Source of the DNA: Rebecca billardiae RCC1528
Lineage: Eukaryota > Protista > Haptophyta
Assembly (NCBI GenBank): GCA_965240325.2
Contig: OZ251231.1
Coordinates: forward strand, 2,547,988 to 2,611,987
Length of the DNA: 64,000 nucleotides
Reading direction: 5' to 3'
Shown one piece after another: positions 24,201 to 36,076 of this stretch (position 1 is the first letter of the stretch; each line of letters begins with the position of its first letter). The position numbers were made by a program, and so were the translations under genes. A model generated the notes under the pieces. The model searched no databases. It was not told the origin of the DNA and worked only from the letters and a program-made list of their open reading frames with translations.

Positions 24201-26021
24201 GCGCGCGCTCGCTCGCCGCGGCGCGCGCGACGCCCGCCCCCTCCGAGGGCAGCGCCATGCGCGCCGCGGAGGTCGAGGTGTACAAGGCGATGGCTCCGCG
24301 GCTGCTGCACATGGCACCGGCCGCGGCCGCGGCCGCGCTGCGAGCGCTGCACCCGCGCGGCGGCGGCCGCGGCGGCGACGGCGGCGGCGCGGACGAGGCG
24401 GAGCACGCGCCGGAGCAGCCGCAGCTCGAAGGCGCGCGGCCGGCGCGCGCGCTGGACAGTGCGTGGCGGCTGGGCGAGACCGTCGCGCGCGCGCCCTCCC
24501 ACGCCGTGCGGCTGGTCTCCAGCGTGGACGACGAGGACGAGCTGTGCGTGTGCCATTGCTTCGAGCACGGCGTGGCGCCCGAGCTGGCGAGGTGCGGCGC
24601 GCGCGCTGCGGGGATGGCGGCGGTGGCGGTGGTGGTGGGTGCTGGCGCGCGCTGCGGGGATGGTGGCGGTGGCGGTAGTGGTGGGTGCTGGCGGGCGCTG
24701 CGGGGATGGCGGCGGTGGCGGTGGTGGTGGGTGCTGGCGCGCGCTGCGGGGAGCGCGGGCGCGCGCGCGCGGGTGGGCGCGCGGCGTGGCTCACGCGCGC
24801 CGCGCCCCGTGCCCTCCGCCGCGCCAGCGCCGTCCTCGAGCTGCGCGCGCGTGTCGACGCGCTGATCGCCGCCCGCCCCCTCGGGCTCGTGCGCGCACAC
24901 GGCTGGCAAGCGCGCGCGCGCGCGCGCGCACGCGTGCGCGCCTGCGCGGGTGCGCGTCGCGGGCGCGCGTCGCGGGCGCGCCGCTTACCCGCCGCGCCGC
25001 GCATGCGTTCTCTCGCCGCGCCCCGCGCGCGGCGCAGGTACGTCTCCGACGCGTGGGTGCGCGGGGCGCGCGTCGAAACCACGCACGTCGTCGTCGAGAG
25101 GCTGGGCGGCGGCTCGCTCGCGTCCGCGGTGACGCACGCGCCGTGTGAGGAACACACACAGCCGCGCGCGCTGGCGTGGGTGCGCGCGCCGTTCGAGGCG
25201 CTGGCGACGCTGCACGCGCACGGGCTGCGCCTGCCCGCCGCGACGCCCTTCGACCTCCGCCTGCCGCACGCGGACGCGCTCTCCGCGCGGCTGAGCAACC
25301 TCGGCTGGTCGCTGTGCGGCCACTCGCCCCCGCCCCCCTCCCTGTCCGACCTGGTGCGGCCGGCGTTCGTGCCCCACGCGGCCGCGGGACTGGACGCGGA
25401 GGAGGCGGGCGAGTACGGCACGCTGAGCGCGGCCGCGCTGGCGTACAACATGGGCGCGGTGCTGCACTGCCTGCTCCTCGGCCAGCCGCCCTCCTCGCAG
25501 TCCGTCGGCGCGCTGCGCATGTTTTACGAGTCGGGCGAGCTCGCAGACCCGGCTGTGAACGATGCGACCGGCGCGCGCGGCCGACGGCGCTCGTCGACAG
25601 AGGCGGGGCTGGAGCGCGTGGGCGCGGACGAGATCGAGGTGCTCTCGCCCTCGGTCGTGCACCTGCTGCTCGTCGCGCTCGAGCCGGCGGAGGCGGAGCG
25701 CGCAAAGCCGCAGGTGCGAGCGCGCGCGCGCGCAGCGACGCCGCCGCTCGCCGCGCGCCGCCGCGGCGTCGCTCACGCGCGCGCCCGCGGCCCCATCGGC
25801 GCGTGCGCTGCGCCGCCGTGCGCGCCCGCGTGCAGGAGCTGCTCAACCACCCGGCGTGGGCAGAGGCGCTGCCGCCGCCGCACGCGCCCCTCACGGCGGC
25901 GCACAGGCTGCTCACGCGGTACCACGCGGCCACGGTGGCGCGCGCGCTCGAGCAGGACCTCGCGCAGGCCGGCGGCGCGCTCGGCGCGCTCAGCGAGCGC
26001 TTCCTGCGCGCGTACGACTGA
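21215..26021 (+). CDS. Kinesin motor protein with a degenerate kinase-like C-terminal domain; exons 21215-24591, 25038-25713, 25836-26021
   Basis: VAVRVRP, GQTGTGKSYT (P-loop), MNATSSRAH, DLAGSER, HVPYRDSRLT; frame-consistent GT-AG introns. Confidence 0.85.
24599..24751 (+). repeat. 46-bp G-rich minisatellite (~3.3 copies) in kinesin intron 1
   Basis: Unit gcgcgcgctgcggggatggcggcggtggcggtggtggtgggtgctg at 24599, 24645 and 24691, partial at 24737. Confidence 0.9.
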
Positions 26022-26318
26022 TGATGAGCTCAGAACGAACGCGCCCTCCACGCTTCAGCGCGAGACGACTGTGCGCGCGTTGTAGCCTACAGTGTCGTGT
26101 GCGGCCCCCTTGGTGCGGCAAGGCAAGGATTGGTCTGACATCCTTGCCATCATTCACATTGCCATCGCTCACGCTGTTGATCAGCCATCGTGCCGGCGAG
26201 CGCTTTTCCTCGTCAGCGCCGCGACGCGGCGGGCGCTGTTTTTTCTTTTTCCGCTGGTCGTCGGTTTGAGCGAGCAAGAAGCGCAGGCGGTCGTTTCGCG
26301 GCTTGGTGCTTTGCCGCC

Positions 26319-28339
26319 ATGTCGTCGTACGACTACTACGCGGTGCCGCAGGCGGAGGTGCCGTCGGTCGGGCCGCAGTTCCTGTACTCACGGCAGCAGC
26401 TCATGGGGTACAAGGGCTACCGCAGCGACACGCGCATCGGCAACTGGGCCGAGGACGAGTTCCGCCGCGACTCGGAGCTCGAGGCCTTCCAGAAGAAGCG
26501 CGCGAGCGGACAGCTGCTGCTCACCAAGCTGCACGCCAAGGTGGAGGCGGCGTGCACGCCGGCTGAGCTGTCCGCCATGCACGACGGCGGCGCGCTGCAC
26601 TACGGCGATACGCTCTGCCTGCAGTCCATGCTCACGGGCACGGTGCTCGCCGCCAACACGGACGTGACCAAGCCGCTCGCGCAGCTCGCGTACCAGGTGA
26701 GCGGCACCGCGCTCACCGAGCCGGTGGGGCGCAACGCGCTGACGCTGTACCGGCTGCGCCGCGACGGCAGCGTCGACGAGTCCGAGGGCGGCCCCGTGCG
26801 CTACGGCGAGCCCGTGCTCCTCGCGCTCCGCTCGTACGGCGGCGCGCCGACGCTCTTCATCCAGACGCAGACGCTCGGCGTGCCGCACATCGGCAAGTCC
26901 CAGTACTCGAAGCGCGACGAGGTGACCGCCGTGACGATGGCGACGTCGTACTGCCTGTGGTGCGCGCGCGGCCGATCGCGCGCCCCTTCCCGCGCGCGCG
27001 CCCCGCCGCGTGCCCTGCCGCCGCGCCGCCGCCGCCGCCGCCGCGCACTCTGGCGCTCACTCTGCGCGCACGTATGTCCGCGCGCGCACGGCCACGCGCG
27101 CGCCGCGTGCGCAGGAAGTTCGTCCACCCCGAGCCGAACCGGCAGCTGCCGTCGGAGGGCACGCCCGTGCCCGCCGGGGAGCCCGTCGCGCTGCAGCACC
27201 TCAAGACCCACCTGCTGCTCTTCACCGACCTCGCCAAGCTGAAGAACATCTTCGGGATGGAGTCTGACGTGTTTGCGCACCTGCCGCGCAACACGACGCT
27301 GCACGACCGCGCGCTGCACGCGCTCAAGGTGACCGTGCACGCGCCCGACGGCGCGCAGTGGTTCCCGTGCGTGGCGGGCGCGCCGCTGAGGCCGCAGCTC
27401 GAGGTCTCGGGGCAGGCGGCCCTCAGCGCCACGTCGGTCGCGCCGGCGGGCGCGGCGGGCGGCGCGCAGACCCGCGCCGCGCCGCTCGGCGCCTCGGCTG
27501 GTCCCTCGAGCGGTGCGCCACAGCCGCAGCAGCAGCCCGCGGCCGAGCCCGCGGCCGCGGCCGCGGCGACGAAGCCGCTCGAGCCCGCGGCCACCGCCGA
27601 CGACGACGGCTCGGCCGCCCCGCCGCCCGTCGAGTATCAGGCCGTCCTCTTCGGGCCGGGCGGCTCGATCCCCGGCTACATTGGCGGCCCCGCGGGCGGC
27701 GGTGCGCCCGCGGTGATCGTCGTGCAGGAGTGGTGGGGCGTGACGGAGGAGGTGCTCGGCCATGCCGCCCGGCTCGCGCAGGCCGGGTACCGCGTGCTCG
27801 TGCCCGACCTGTACAAGGGCGTGCGCACGGCGGAGGTGGAGGAGGCGCACCACCTCGCCACCAACCTCGACTACCCCGGCGCCATCGCCGAGCTCGCCCA
27901 CGCCGCGTCGACGCTGCGCGCGGAGGGCGCGCCGCGCGTTGGTGTGATGGGCTTCTGCATGGGCGGCGCGCTCGCGATGGGCGCGGCAGCGGCGTGCGCG
28001 GACATCGACGCGGCGGTGCTCTTCTACGGCGTCAACTTTGGCCTCTTCGACCCCGCCGCGTTCCGCAAGCCCGTGCAGGCGCACTTTGGCGCGCACGACA
28101 CGATGGAGGGCCTGTCCGACCCGGAGACCGCGCGCGCACTCGCGCACAGCCTCGCGCACAACGAGCACGCGAGCGTGCACACGTACGGGCGCGTCGGCCA
28201 CGCGTTCATGAACGAGAGCCCCGCGCCGTTCGAGTCGTTCGAGGCGCGCAAGGCGCAGATGGGGATGCCGCCATACGACGAGGGCGAGGCGCGGCTCGCG
28301 TGGTCGCGCGTGTTCGACTTCTTCCGCGCGCACCTCTAG
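26319..28339 (+). CDS. CFAP161-like N-terminal region fused to a dienelactone hydrolase domain; exons 26319-26959, 27115-28339
   Basis: N-terminal YRSDTRIGNWAEDE, LHYGDTL, EGTPVPAGEPVALQH; C-terminal VVQEWWG, VPDLY, GFCMGG (nucleophile Cys), FYG, HFGAHD, HAFMN. Confidence 0.78.
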
Positions 28340-29495
28340 CCTCTACTCTCTAGCCAGCGTGCACGCAGGCTCTGGCCACCGCGGGGCCAACGGTGTCAGA
28401 TGATCGCGTCGCGCCGTGCTGCACTCACGCACCGCCGTCCAGGCGAAGAAGCCTCGCCGTCGACGAGCGTGAGTGGCGCGTGCTGAAGGGCGAGACTTGG
28501 CGAGACCGCGAGACCGACTACCGAGGCAGGGAGCTCCCGAGACCCGAAAGTAACTCAGTCTCACAGTAAGTCGCCTGTCTGTCGCCTTGCCTGATGGCTG
28601 ATTTACAGGCGCGGCGACAGCGGGTTCCGAGCGGTCAGCGGTGCGTGCAATGCGCCCGTTACTAACAATAACATTAACGGTTCATGCGGCGCGTGAGTGC
28701 CGACGGCGACGGCTCCGAGCGGGCGCGGCACTCAGCGGCAATGTCCAAATGCAGGCACTGGTCACGGTGAGCAGAGCCTGCAGAGCGGAACACTGCCCGC
28801 CTCTCACTGAATACTGATTCTTTCTTGACTGATTGCTCAATACGAGCCGTCATAGTGCCAGCCAGCAGGACTCCTGTCTCACTCATCACGGTCCGTATCA
28901 GTGATTCGGAGACACAGGTACTAGGTAGGACGACGCGGCGGGTCTCCTGATTCGTCGGCGGCAGTGCCCGATCGTCGACACGAAGTCGGCGTTGGTGGCA
29001 GAGCATAGACTGCACCGCGATCGAAAAGCTTGAGCGCGGCCTTGAGCTGCTGAAGCGCGATCCACCTGCGCTGCGCGCGCGGCTCGCATGCGGACCTGCT
29101 GTGCCCCGAGCAAGGGCAAGGGTGCAGGTCCGGATGTCAGCTGGCAGTCTCAGCCGCTGGTAGCAGCTGGTCGAGCCTGCCCCGTGCTCCCCGGGCGGTC
29201 GCGTACACGCTTGCCGCGGCGGCGGCTGGCGCTGCGGCGACAGCGGCGTCGTCCAGGGTGCGCTTCGCCCGCTGCGGCGATGACTGAAAGTGAGTAAGTG
29301 ACAACGGATCCCAAACAATTCGTGAGTAAGTAAATGCAGTTCACTCATTATGACTGTACGACTTTCAACTTGATGATCATCCCGCCGCTCGCGAAATGAA
29401 AAGCAGGCGCGCCGCGTCCGCTGTGCCGCCGGCCGCCCATCGCCAACGTCCGCGATCGCTCGGCGCTCCGCGCCCCCTCTTCACAAGAACTGACG

Positions 29496-31719
29496 ATGCC
29501 GGCGCGCGGCGCACGCGCCCTGGCGCGCGGCGGACTGGCCGCCTCGGCGATCGGTCTGGCGCTCCTCGTGTGTGCTTTCGTGCGCGAGCACGCCGGCGCA
29601 CACGCCGACGCGCAGCCCCTCGCCCTCAGCCGCGCGGCGTTTGGCGCGCACCTGCGCCGCCTGCCCGCGCACGTGCCGCACCACGTGTGCGTGACGGGCT
29701 CGCACGCGGAGCAGACGGCGCGCGAGCTGCTCCTTCCCGAGGACGCCGAGCTGCGCGCGTTCGACATGCCCTCCCGCCTCAACCCGGAGAACGAGTGCAC
29801 CGCGCTCGAGGCGGCGGTCGGGCACACGCTCGTCACTGTCGCCGAGAAGATCGAGGACCGGTGCGCCGCGCGCTGGAAGGTGCACACGTCGACGTGCGAC
29901 GTGCTGGTGCACGCGGAGGAGGGCGCGGATTGCGAGCAGCTCTTCAAGCTCCGCGCCATCGCCGACCAGCCCCACGCGCCGCTCGTCGTGCTCGCCGCCG
30001 GCTGGTCGCACGACGCGGGCGCGTCGGCGGACGCGCCGCTGCTGCACTGCTACAAGGCGCGCGTGCGCCGCGCCGCGCAGCAGAATCTGGCGCCGCTCGA
30101 GGCGGAGGAGATGGTGCCGCACACGGCGCTGCCACTCCACGGTGGCGCGCGCACGGGCGTCGCGCTGCACGCGCTCATGCGCGAGCTGCTGGCGCAGACG
30201 GCCGGCGCGCGGCCGCACAGCCACGCGCACTGGCTGGCGCGCTCGGCGGCGCACGCGCAGCGCGACGACGCGCGCGCGCTGCGCGCGCGTCTGCTCGAGG
30301 GCAACCCGTCCGTGCGGGTGGTTGACGTGCACATTGAGATGATGAAGGCGTCACAGGGCCTGCCGCACCGTCTTGGCCACCTCGCGCCGCACGCGCCCGT
30401 GCCGGAGGCGGACACGCCGCCCGCCGCCGCGGAGCAGCCGGAGCAGCAGCAGGCGGAGGCGGGGCAGGAGCAGCCGCAGCAGCGCCGCCGCCGCGCGCAG
30501 GAGGATGTGCAGGCCCTCGTGATCGCGGCGGACGCTGGCATGGTCAGTGCCGGCTTCGCTGGCGATGACGCGCCGCGCACCGTCTTCCCCGCGATCGTCG
30601 GCCGCCCGCGGCACACCGGCGTGATGGTGGGCATGGGCCAGAAGGACGCGTACGTGGGCGAGGAGGCGCAGTCGAAGCGGGGCATCCTCACGCTCAAGTA
30701 CCCGATCGAGCACGGCATCGTGACCAACTGGGACGACATGGAGAAGATCTGGCACCACACCTTCTACAACGAGCTGCGCGTCGCGCCCGAGGAGCATAAG
30801 GTGCTGCACTCCGAGGCACCGCTCAACCCGAAGGCCAACCGCGAGAAGATGACGCAGATCATGTTCGAGACGTTCAATGTGCGCGGGTTCTACGTGTCGG
30901 TGGACGCGGTGCTCGCGATGTACGCGTCGGGGCGCACGACGGGCATCGTGCTCGAGGCGCGCGCTGGCGTGACCCATGTCGTCCCCATCTACGAGGGCTA
31001 CGTGCTGCCGCACGCGGTGCTGCGGCTCGACATGGGCGGGCGCGACCTGACAGAGTACATGATGAAGCTGCTCAGCGAGCGCGGCTACTCGTTCAGCACC
31101 TCCGCCGAGCGCGAGATCGTGCGCGACATCAAGCAGAAGCTCGGCTACGTCGCGATCGACTACGACGAGGAGCTCGAGAAGGCGGAGACCTCCTCTGAGC
31201 TCGAGCAGAACTACGAGTTGCCCGACGGCCAGATCATCACGGTCGGCAACGAGCGCTTCCGGGACACCGAGGCTCTGTTCAAGCCCAACTTGATCGGGCT
31301 GGAGCAGGAGGGCATCCACAAGCTGCTCTTCAACTCCATCATGAAGTGCGACGTCGACATCCGGAGGGACCTGTACAACAACATCGTGCTGGCGGGCTCC
31401 GAGACGATGTACACGGGGATCGCCGAGCGCGTGCAGAAGGAGATGAAGGGGCTCGCGCCCGAGTCGATGACCATCAAGATTGTGCGCGCACGCGCGCGCG
31501 CGCGTTCGTGTGTGCGTGCTTCACCGCGTGGGTGGCCGCGCTCACTCGTGCGGTGTCCGCCATCCCGCCGCATCGCAGATCGCGCCGCCTGAGCGCAAGT
31601 ACTCCACGTGGATCGGCGGCAGCATCCTCGCCTCGCTCAGCACCTTTGAGGAGATGTGGATCACGAAGGCCGAGTACGACGAGTCCGGCCCGGGCATCGT
31701 CCACCGCAAGTGCCGTTAG
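29496..31719 (+). CDS. Divergent actin with a ~335-aa N-terminal extension (hydrophobic leader, globular domain, RRRR); exons 29496-31481, 31579-31719
   Basis: From 30501: [65 protein letters not shown]; the upstream 335 codons are in frame, stop-free and coding-biased. Confidence 0.88.
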
Positions 31720-32178
31720 TCTCGTCAGCAGGTTGCTGTCCACAGCAGGCGCCGCCTCGAGTCCCGCCAGCGTGTGATTCATGATCAGGTGCACGGCCGA
31801 GGCCTCGCGCGCCGGCCGCCAGTTCACTACAGTTGAGAGTGACTCGGCGTGCCTCGGAAAGTTTGCGCACCGAACGCGCTCCGACCGTGTCACGCCGCCG
31901 GTGTCATGCCAGCCCGAAGTAGTACGTTCCCGGTCCGACAGAGCACGTGCTCGCCCGCCATCCAAATGCGTATGATGATTGATGCCGATGACGCAATGGC
32001 CGCGATCCGATCGGACGGATCGATTTCGACATCGTCATTCTCAGACTCTGTTGCGCCCGCCGGCCGCCGCCGCCCGCGGCCGCCCCCGGCCGGTGCTCAT
32101 CATAACCCCAAAATACCCGCCTTTATCAAGGCCCTGGCTTGGAGATTCTGATCATGAACCGCGATCCTTCCACCCCAT

Positions 32179-35100
32179 ATGAAGACCATCAAACAACCCT
32201 CAGCTGACGATGCAAGCTATCGGCGTCGCCGTGAAAGTTTGTCTCGCACCTTCGAAAGCCTTCTCGATTCCCTTGCTCGATTCCAAACTCCGCAACACGC
32301 AGTTCAGGTGAACCGACCCCGAGCCCGAGCGCTCCAGACGCACCCTGACGGGTACAACGTCCGACGCCATCGCAACATGCTGCGTGCCCACGGGGAGTCG
32401 CAGAAGCGTGTCGAGCCAGAGGGCTCTCGCCTGAGTCGCGTCCCGCTGTCGTCGCGCTCACGCGCGCTGCAGCGCATCCTGAACGGCAGGAGCGCGCCCC
32501 CCGAGCCGCTTCATTACGAGGAGCCGCTCACCTACCAGGGCCGGCTCATCCTGGGTGACGAGACGGAGCTCGCCCGCACTCGGCGGGAGCGCTTGGTGCT
32601 TCCCATGGTCCTTGTTGTGGTGCGTGCTGCGCGGAGCGCCAAGCCCCACGCCCGCCGCTCGAGCGCGCGTGCGCGCGCAGCGCACCCCGTCTCACGCGCT
32701 CGTCGAGCGTCGGTGTGCGCGCGCGCGCACACAGGTGGGCGTGCTCTCCGGGTGCGTGGCGAGCTCGGTGCACGCCATATCGAAGCGGCTGCTCAAGGAG
32801 CGCCTCAAGATTGTCTTCGCCGCGGAGGCGGCCTCGGGCCTCGCGGTCGGCGGCGTCGTGTACGTGTTGACGGGTGCCGCGTGCGCGCTGCTCGCTGCGC
32901 TCATCGTCGAGATGATCGCGCCGGCGGCGGCGGGGTCGGGCATGACGACGGTGCTGCTCTTTCTGAACGGCTGGCTCCTTCCCGACGCGTTCAGGATCGA
33001 GACGCTCCTCGTCAAGCTCGCCGGTCTGGCGCTCGTCTCCGCCTCGGGCCTCGCCGCGGGCGAGGTGTGCGCGCGCGCGCGCCACCCAGCGGCCGGCCGC
33101 GTGGCGCTCCGCGCGCGACCCGCGCGATGGCTCACGCTGCCGCTGCGGCTGCGCTCCCGCGCGTGCCGCCCTGGCCTCGCCCGCAGGAGGCTCCGCTCAT
33201 CCACGCGGGCACGATCGTCGGCAGCCTCGTGTGCGACGTCGCCTCGCGCACCGTGCTCACGCGCACCGTCGAGGTGCACGGCCGCGGCCGCTCGCTGATC
33301 GACCTCGCGGCGACGGGCGGCGGCGCGGCGCTGGCGGGCGCGTTCCTCGCGCCGGTGTCGGGCGTGCTCTTCGTGATGGAGGAGCTGGGCACCTTCTGGT
33401 CCAAGACCCTCCTCGTGCGCTGCTTCGTCGCCTCCGCCTCCGCCGCCATCGTGGGCTCGCTGTACACGTTCCTCGAGAGCCAGCCCGGCCTCAACCCGCT
33501 CACCACGCCGGTGGTGGCCGAGTCGCTGCTCGAGGCGGAGGTGGGCATCTCGTGCACGGGGAACAGCGGGCACGGCACCACGTTCCTCCCGATCGAGTAC
33601 ATCGCCTTCGCCGCGATCGGCGCGATCGGCGGCGTCGCGGGCTCAGGCTTCAACGCGGCCGCTGCCTTTGTGCTCGCGTTCCGCTCGGACTGGCTGCGGC
33701 GCAGCATGGCCGTGCGGATCGCTGACGTGGCGGTGGTCGCGACGATCACGGGCGTGCTCTTCTACACGATCGCCGCGTCGTGGCCGTGCACCACGCTCGA
33801 CTACGCCTCCGCGCCGCCCGTCATCCTCAACCACGTCTCGACGCTCGGCTGCCCCGCGCCGGGCGCGTGGGCGCCGTACCCGGGTGGGTTCAAGTACGGC
33901 AAGTACCCCAAGCAGTGGAACGAGCTCGCCTCGCTGCTCTTCGCGCAGCCGCTCGCCGCGGCGGGCATGCTGCTCTCGGTCGAGCACGTTGCGCTGTCCG
34001 CCGGCGCGTGCGCGGTGTACGCCACCACCTTCTGCGCGCTCGCCGTCTTCGCGCTCGGCATGGTCGTGCCGATGGGCCTGCTGCTGCCGAGCGTCGCGGT
34101 GGGCGCGGGCTTTGGGCGCGCGGCCGGCATCCTCGCCGGGCTGATCGCCGGGCAGCCGCGCGCGCAGGGCGTGTACGCGCTCATGGGCGCGGCCGCGTTT
34201 GTCAGCGGCACCTCGCACAACACGAGTGCGCGCCCGCGCGCCCGCGCGAGCGCGCGAGTGGCCCACCTCCTCCGTGCGCGGCCACGAGGCCTGCTGCCGC
34301 CGCGCGCCGTGGGCCGTCGCGCGCGCCCTCGCCGCGCGCCCGTCCGCGGCCGCCACGGCTCTGCAGTAGCTGACCGCCTGCTGCCCCCGCGGCGGTGCAC
34401 GTGCCGTGCGCGCGCGCAGTCGCATTCGTGATGATCCTGATCGAGCTGATGAACAACACGACGGTGTGCGCCGTCTCCCTCGCCATGCGCGCTCGCGCCG
34501 CGCTCCCCGCTCACGCGTGCGCACGCGCGCCCGCCCCGCCGCCCTGCCCTCTGGCGCGCAGTACATCCTGCCGTGCATCGTGACGATGCTGTGCGCGCTC
34601 TCCGTCTCGCAGGCGCTGGGCAAGCCCTTCTACGAGACGCAGCTCGACACGTCGGGCCACCCGTACCTGCGGCAGGCGGACGAGACGCTGCCGGAGCTCA
34701 ACCTGCTCACGGCCGCAGACGTGATGGCGCCAAACCCGACCTGCCTGCGCACGCGCGAGCGCGTCGGCACGCTCGCCAAGCTGCTCGCCGACCAGGTGGA
34801 CTGCTACGGCTTCCCGCTCATCGACGCGCTCGAGTCGAACCGGCCCGACGCCTCGCGCTCGCGGCTGAACAGCACGAACACGGCGGACGAGAACTGGGAC
34901 AAGGTGCTGCCGCTGCCGGGCAAGCGCACCTCGGCCGCGAGCGCCGCGGGCGGCGCCGACCCGCGCGCGCTCGGCGCGCGCGCGAGCTTCCGCGGCTTCG
35001 TCAAGCGCGACTCGATCATCGCGCTGCTGCTGCGCATGGCGGACGAGATCGCGGAGGACGAGCCGCGCCCGAAGCGGATGTCCAGGTTCGATGCGCTCAA

Positions 35101-36076
35101 GACGTCCGGCCAACGGCTCAGCGGCCGCACGCCGCCGCGCACGCCGCCGCGCTCGCCCGGCCGTTACCGCATGCGGCAGAAGTCTCTCAGAACGTTCGAC
35201 GTGGAGACGGGGCCCGGGAGCGCGGGCGCGGAGGCGGGCCCGCGGGTGCCGCCGGACGTGCGGCAGGCGCTCCAGGCGCTCGGCCTGGACAAGGGCCAGA
35301 CCGAGGCGCAGCTCCTCGCGCTCGCGCAGCAGCACGTGGAGCTGCGAGATGTGTCCGAGATTGTGCCGCACGTGCACACGGAGAGCGCGCCGATCCGCGT
35401 GCTGCTGCACACCTTCCTGCGGCTGGGCGCGCACACGGTCACGGTGGTGGACGCGCGGCAGCGCGTGGTGGGCATGGTGAGGCGCGAGCACGTCACGCAG
35501 GAGCTGCTCGAGGAGATGATGGGCGGCATCACGAAGGACGGCCGGCTGGCGCGCGCGCTCGCGCCGCACGAGTCGCTCGGCCGCGGCCTGTGGAACCAGA
35601 TCGGCCGCGTGCTCACCACCGACCGGCTGCACGAGCACCTCAAGGGCTCCAAGGAGAGCCAGCCCGCGGCGGACGAGGAGGCGCCGCCCGCCGCGGAGCG
35701 CGCGGCCGCGACGCCCGCGCCCGCGCCCACGCCCGCCGTCGACCCCTCGGGCGGCGCGCCCAACGCGCCGCTGCCGCCCATCGCGGACTCGCCGCCGCTG
35801 CCGCCGCACGCGCGCACGACGAGCGGCGGCGGCGCGATGGCGCTGCCTCCGATTGCGACTGCGCCCACCTCGCAGGGCGTGCAGTGGAGCAACGCGCCGC
35901 CGGTCGCCCCCGCCGGCCCGGAGCCAATCGAGCACGCGTCGCCTGCGCCGTCCGCGCCGTCCTCCTCGGGGCTGAGCAACCGGCCGCTCAACAAGCAGCC
36001 GCACCTGCCGCAGACGTTCAGCATGCTCGAGATGTCCAAGTACGACACCGCGCCGCCCGGCGACGAGCAGAAGTAG
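32179..36076 (+). CDS. CLC family chloride channel/antiporter with CBS domains; exons 32179-32619, 32735-33064, 33187-34225, 34420-34463, 34562-36076
   Basis: GSGMT, GE|EAPLIH, AFLAPVSGVLFVMEE, GLLLP, KPFYE, then CBS-like TAADVMA...GFPLI; start codon uncertain. Confidence 0.88.

Noticed and set aside
28674-29348. 224-aa minus-strand ORF upstream of the actin fusion
   Set aside because: No recognisable motif and weak codon bias; treated as intergenic
30501-31719. Actin as a decaying pseudogene
   Set aside because: No stops or frameshifts, intact intron, and substitutions cluster at nucleotide-binding positions
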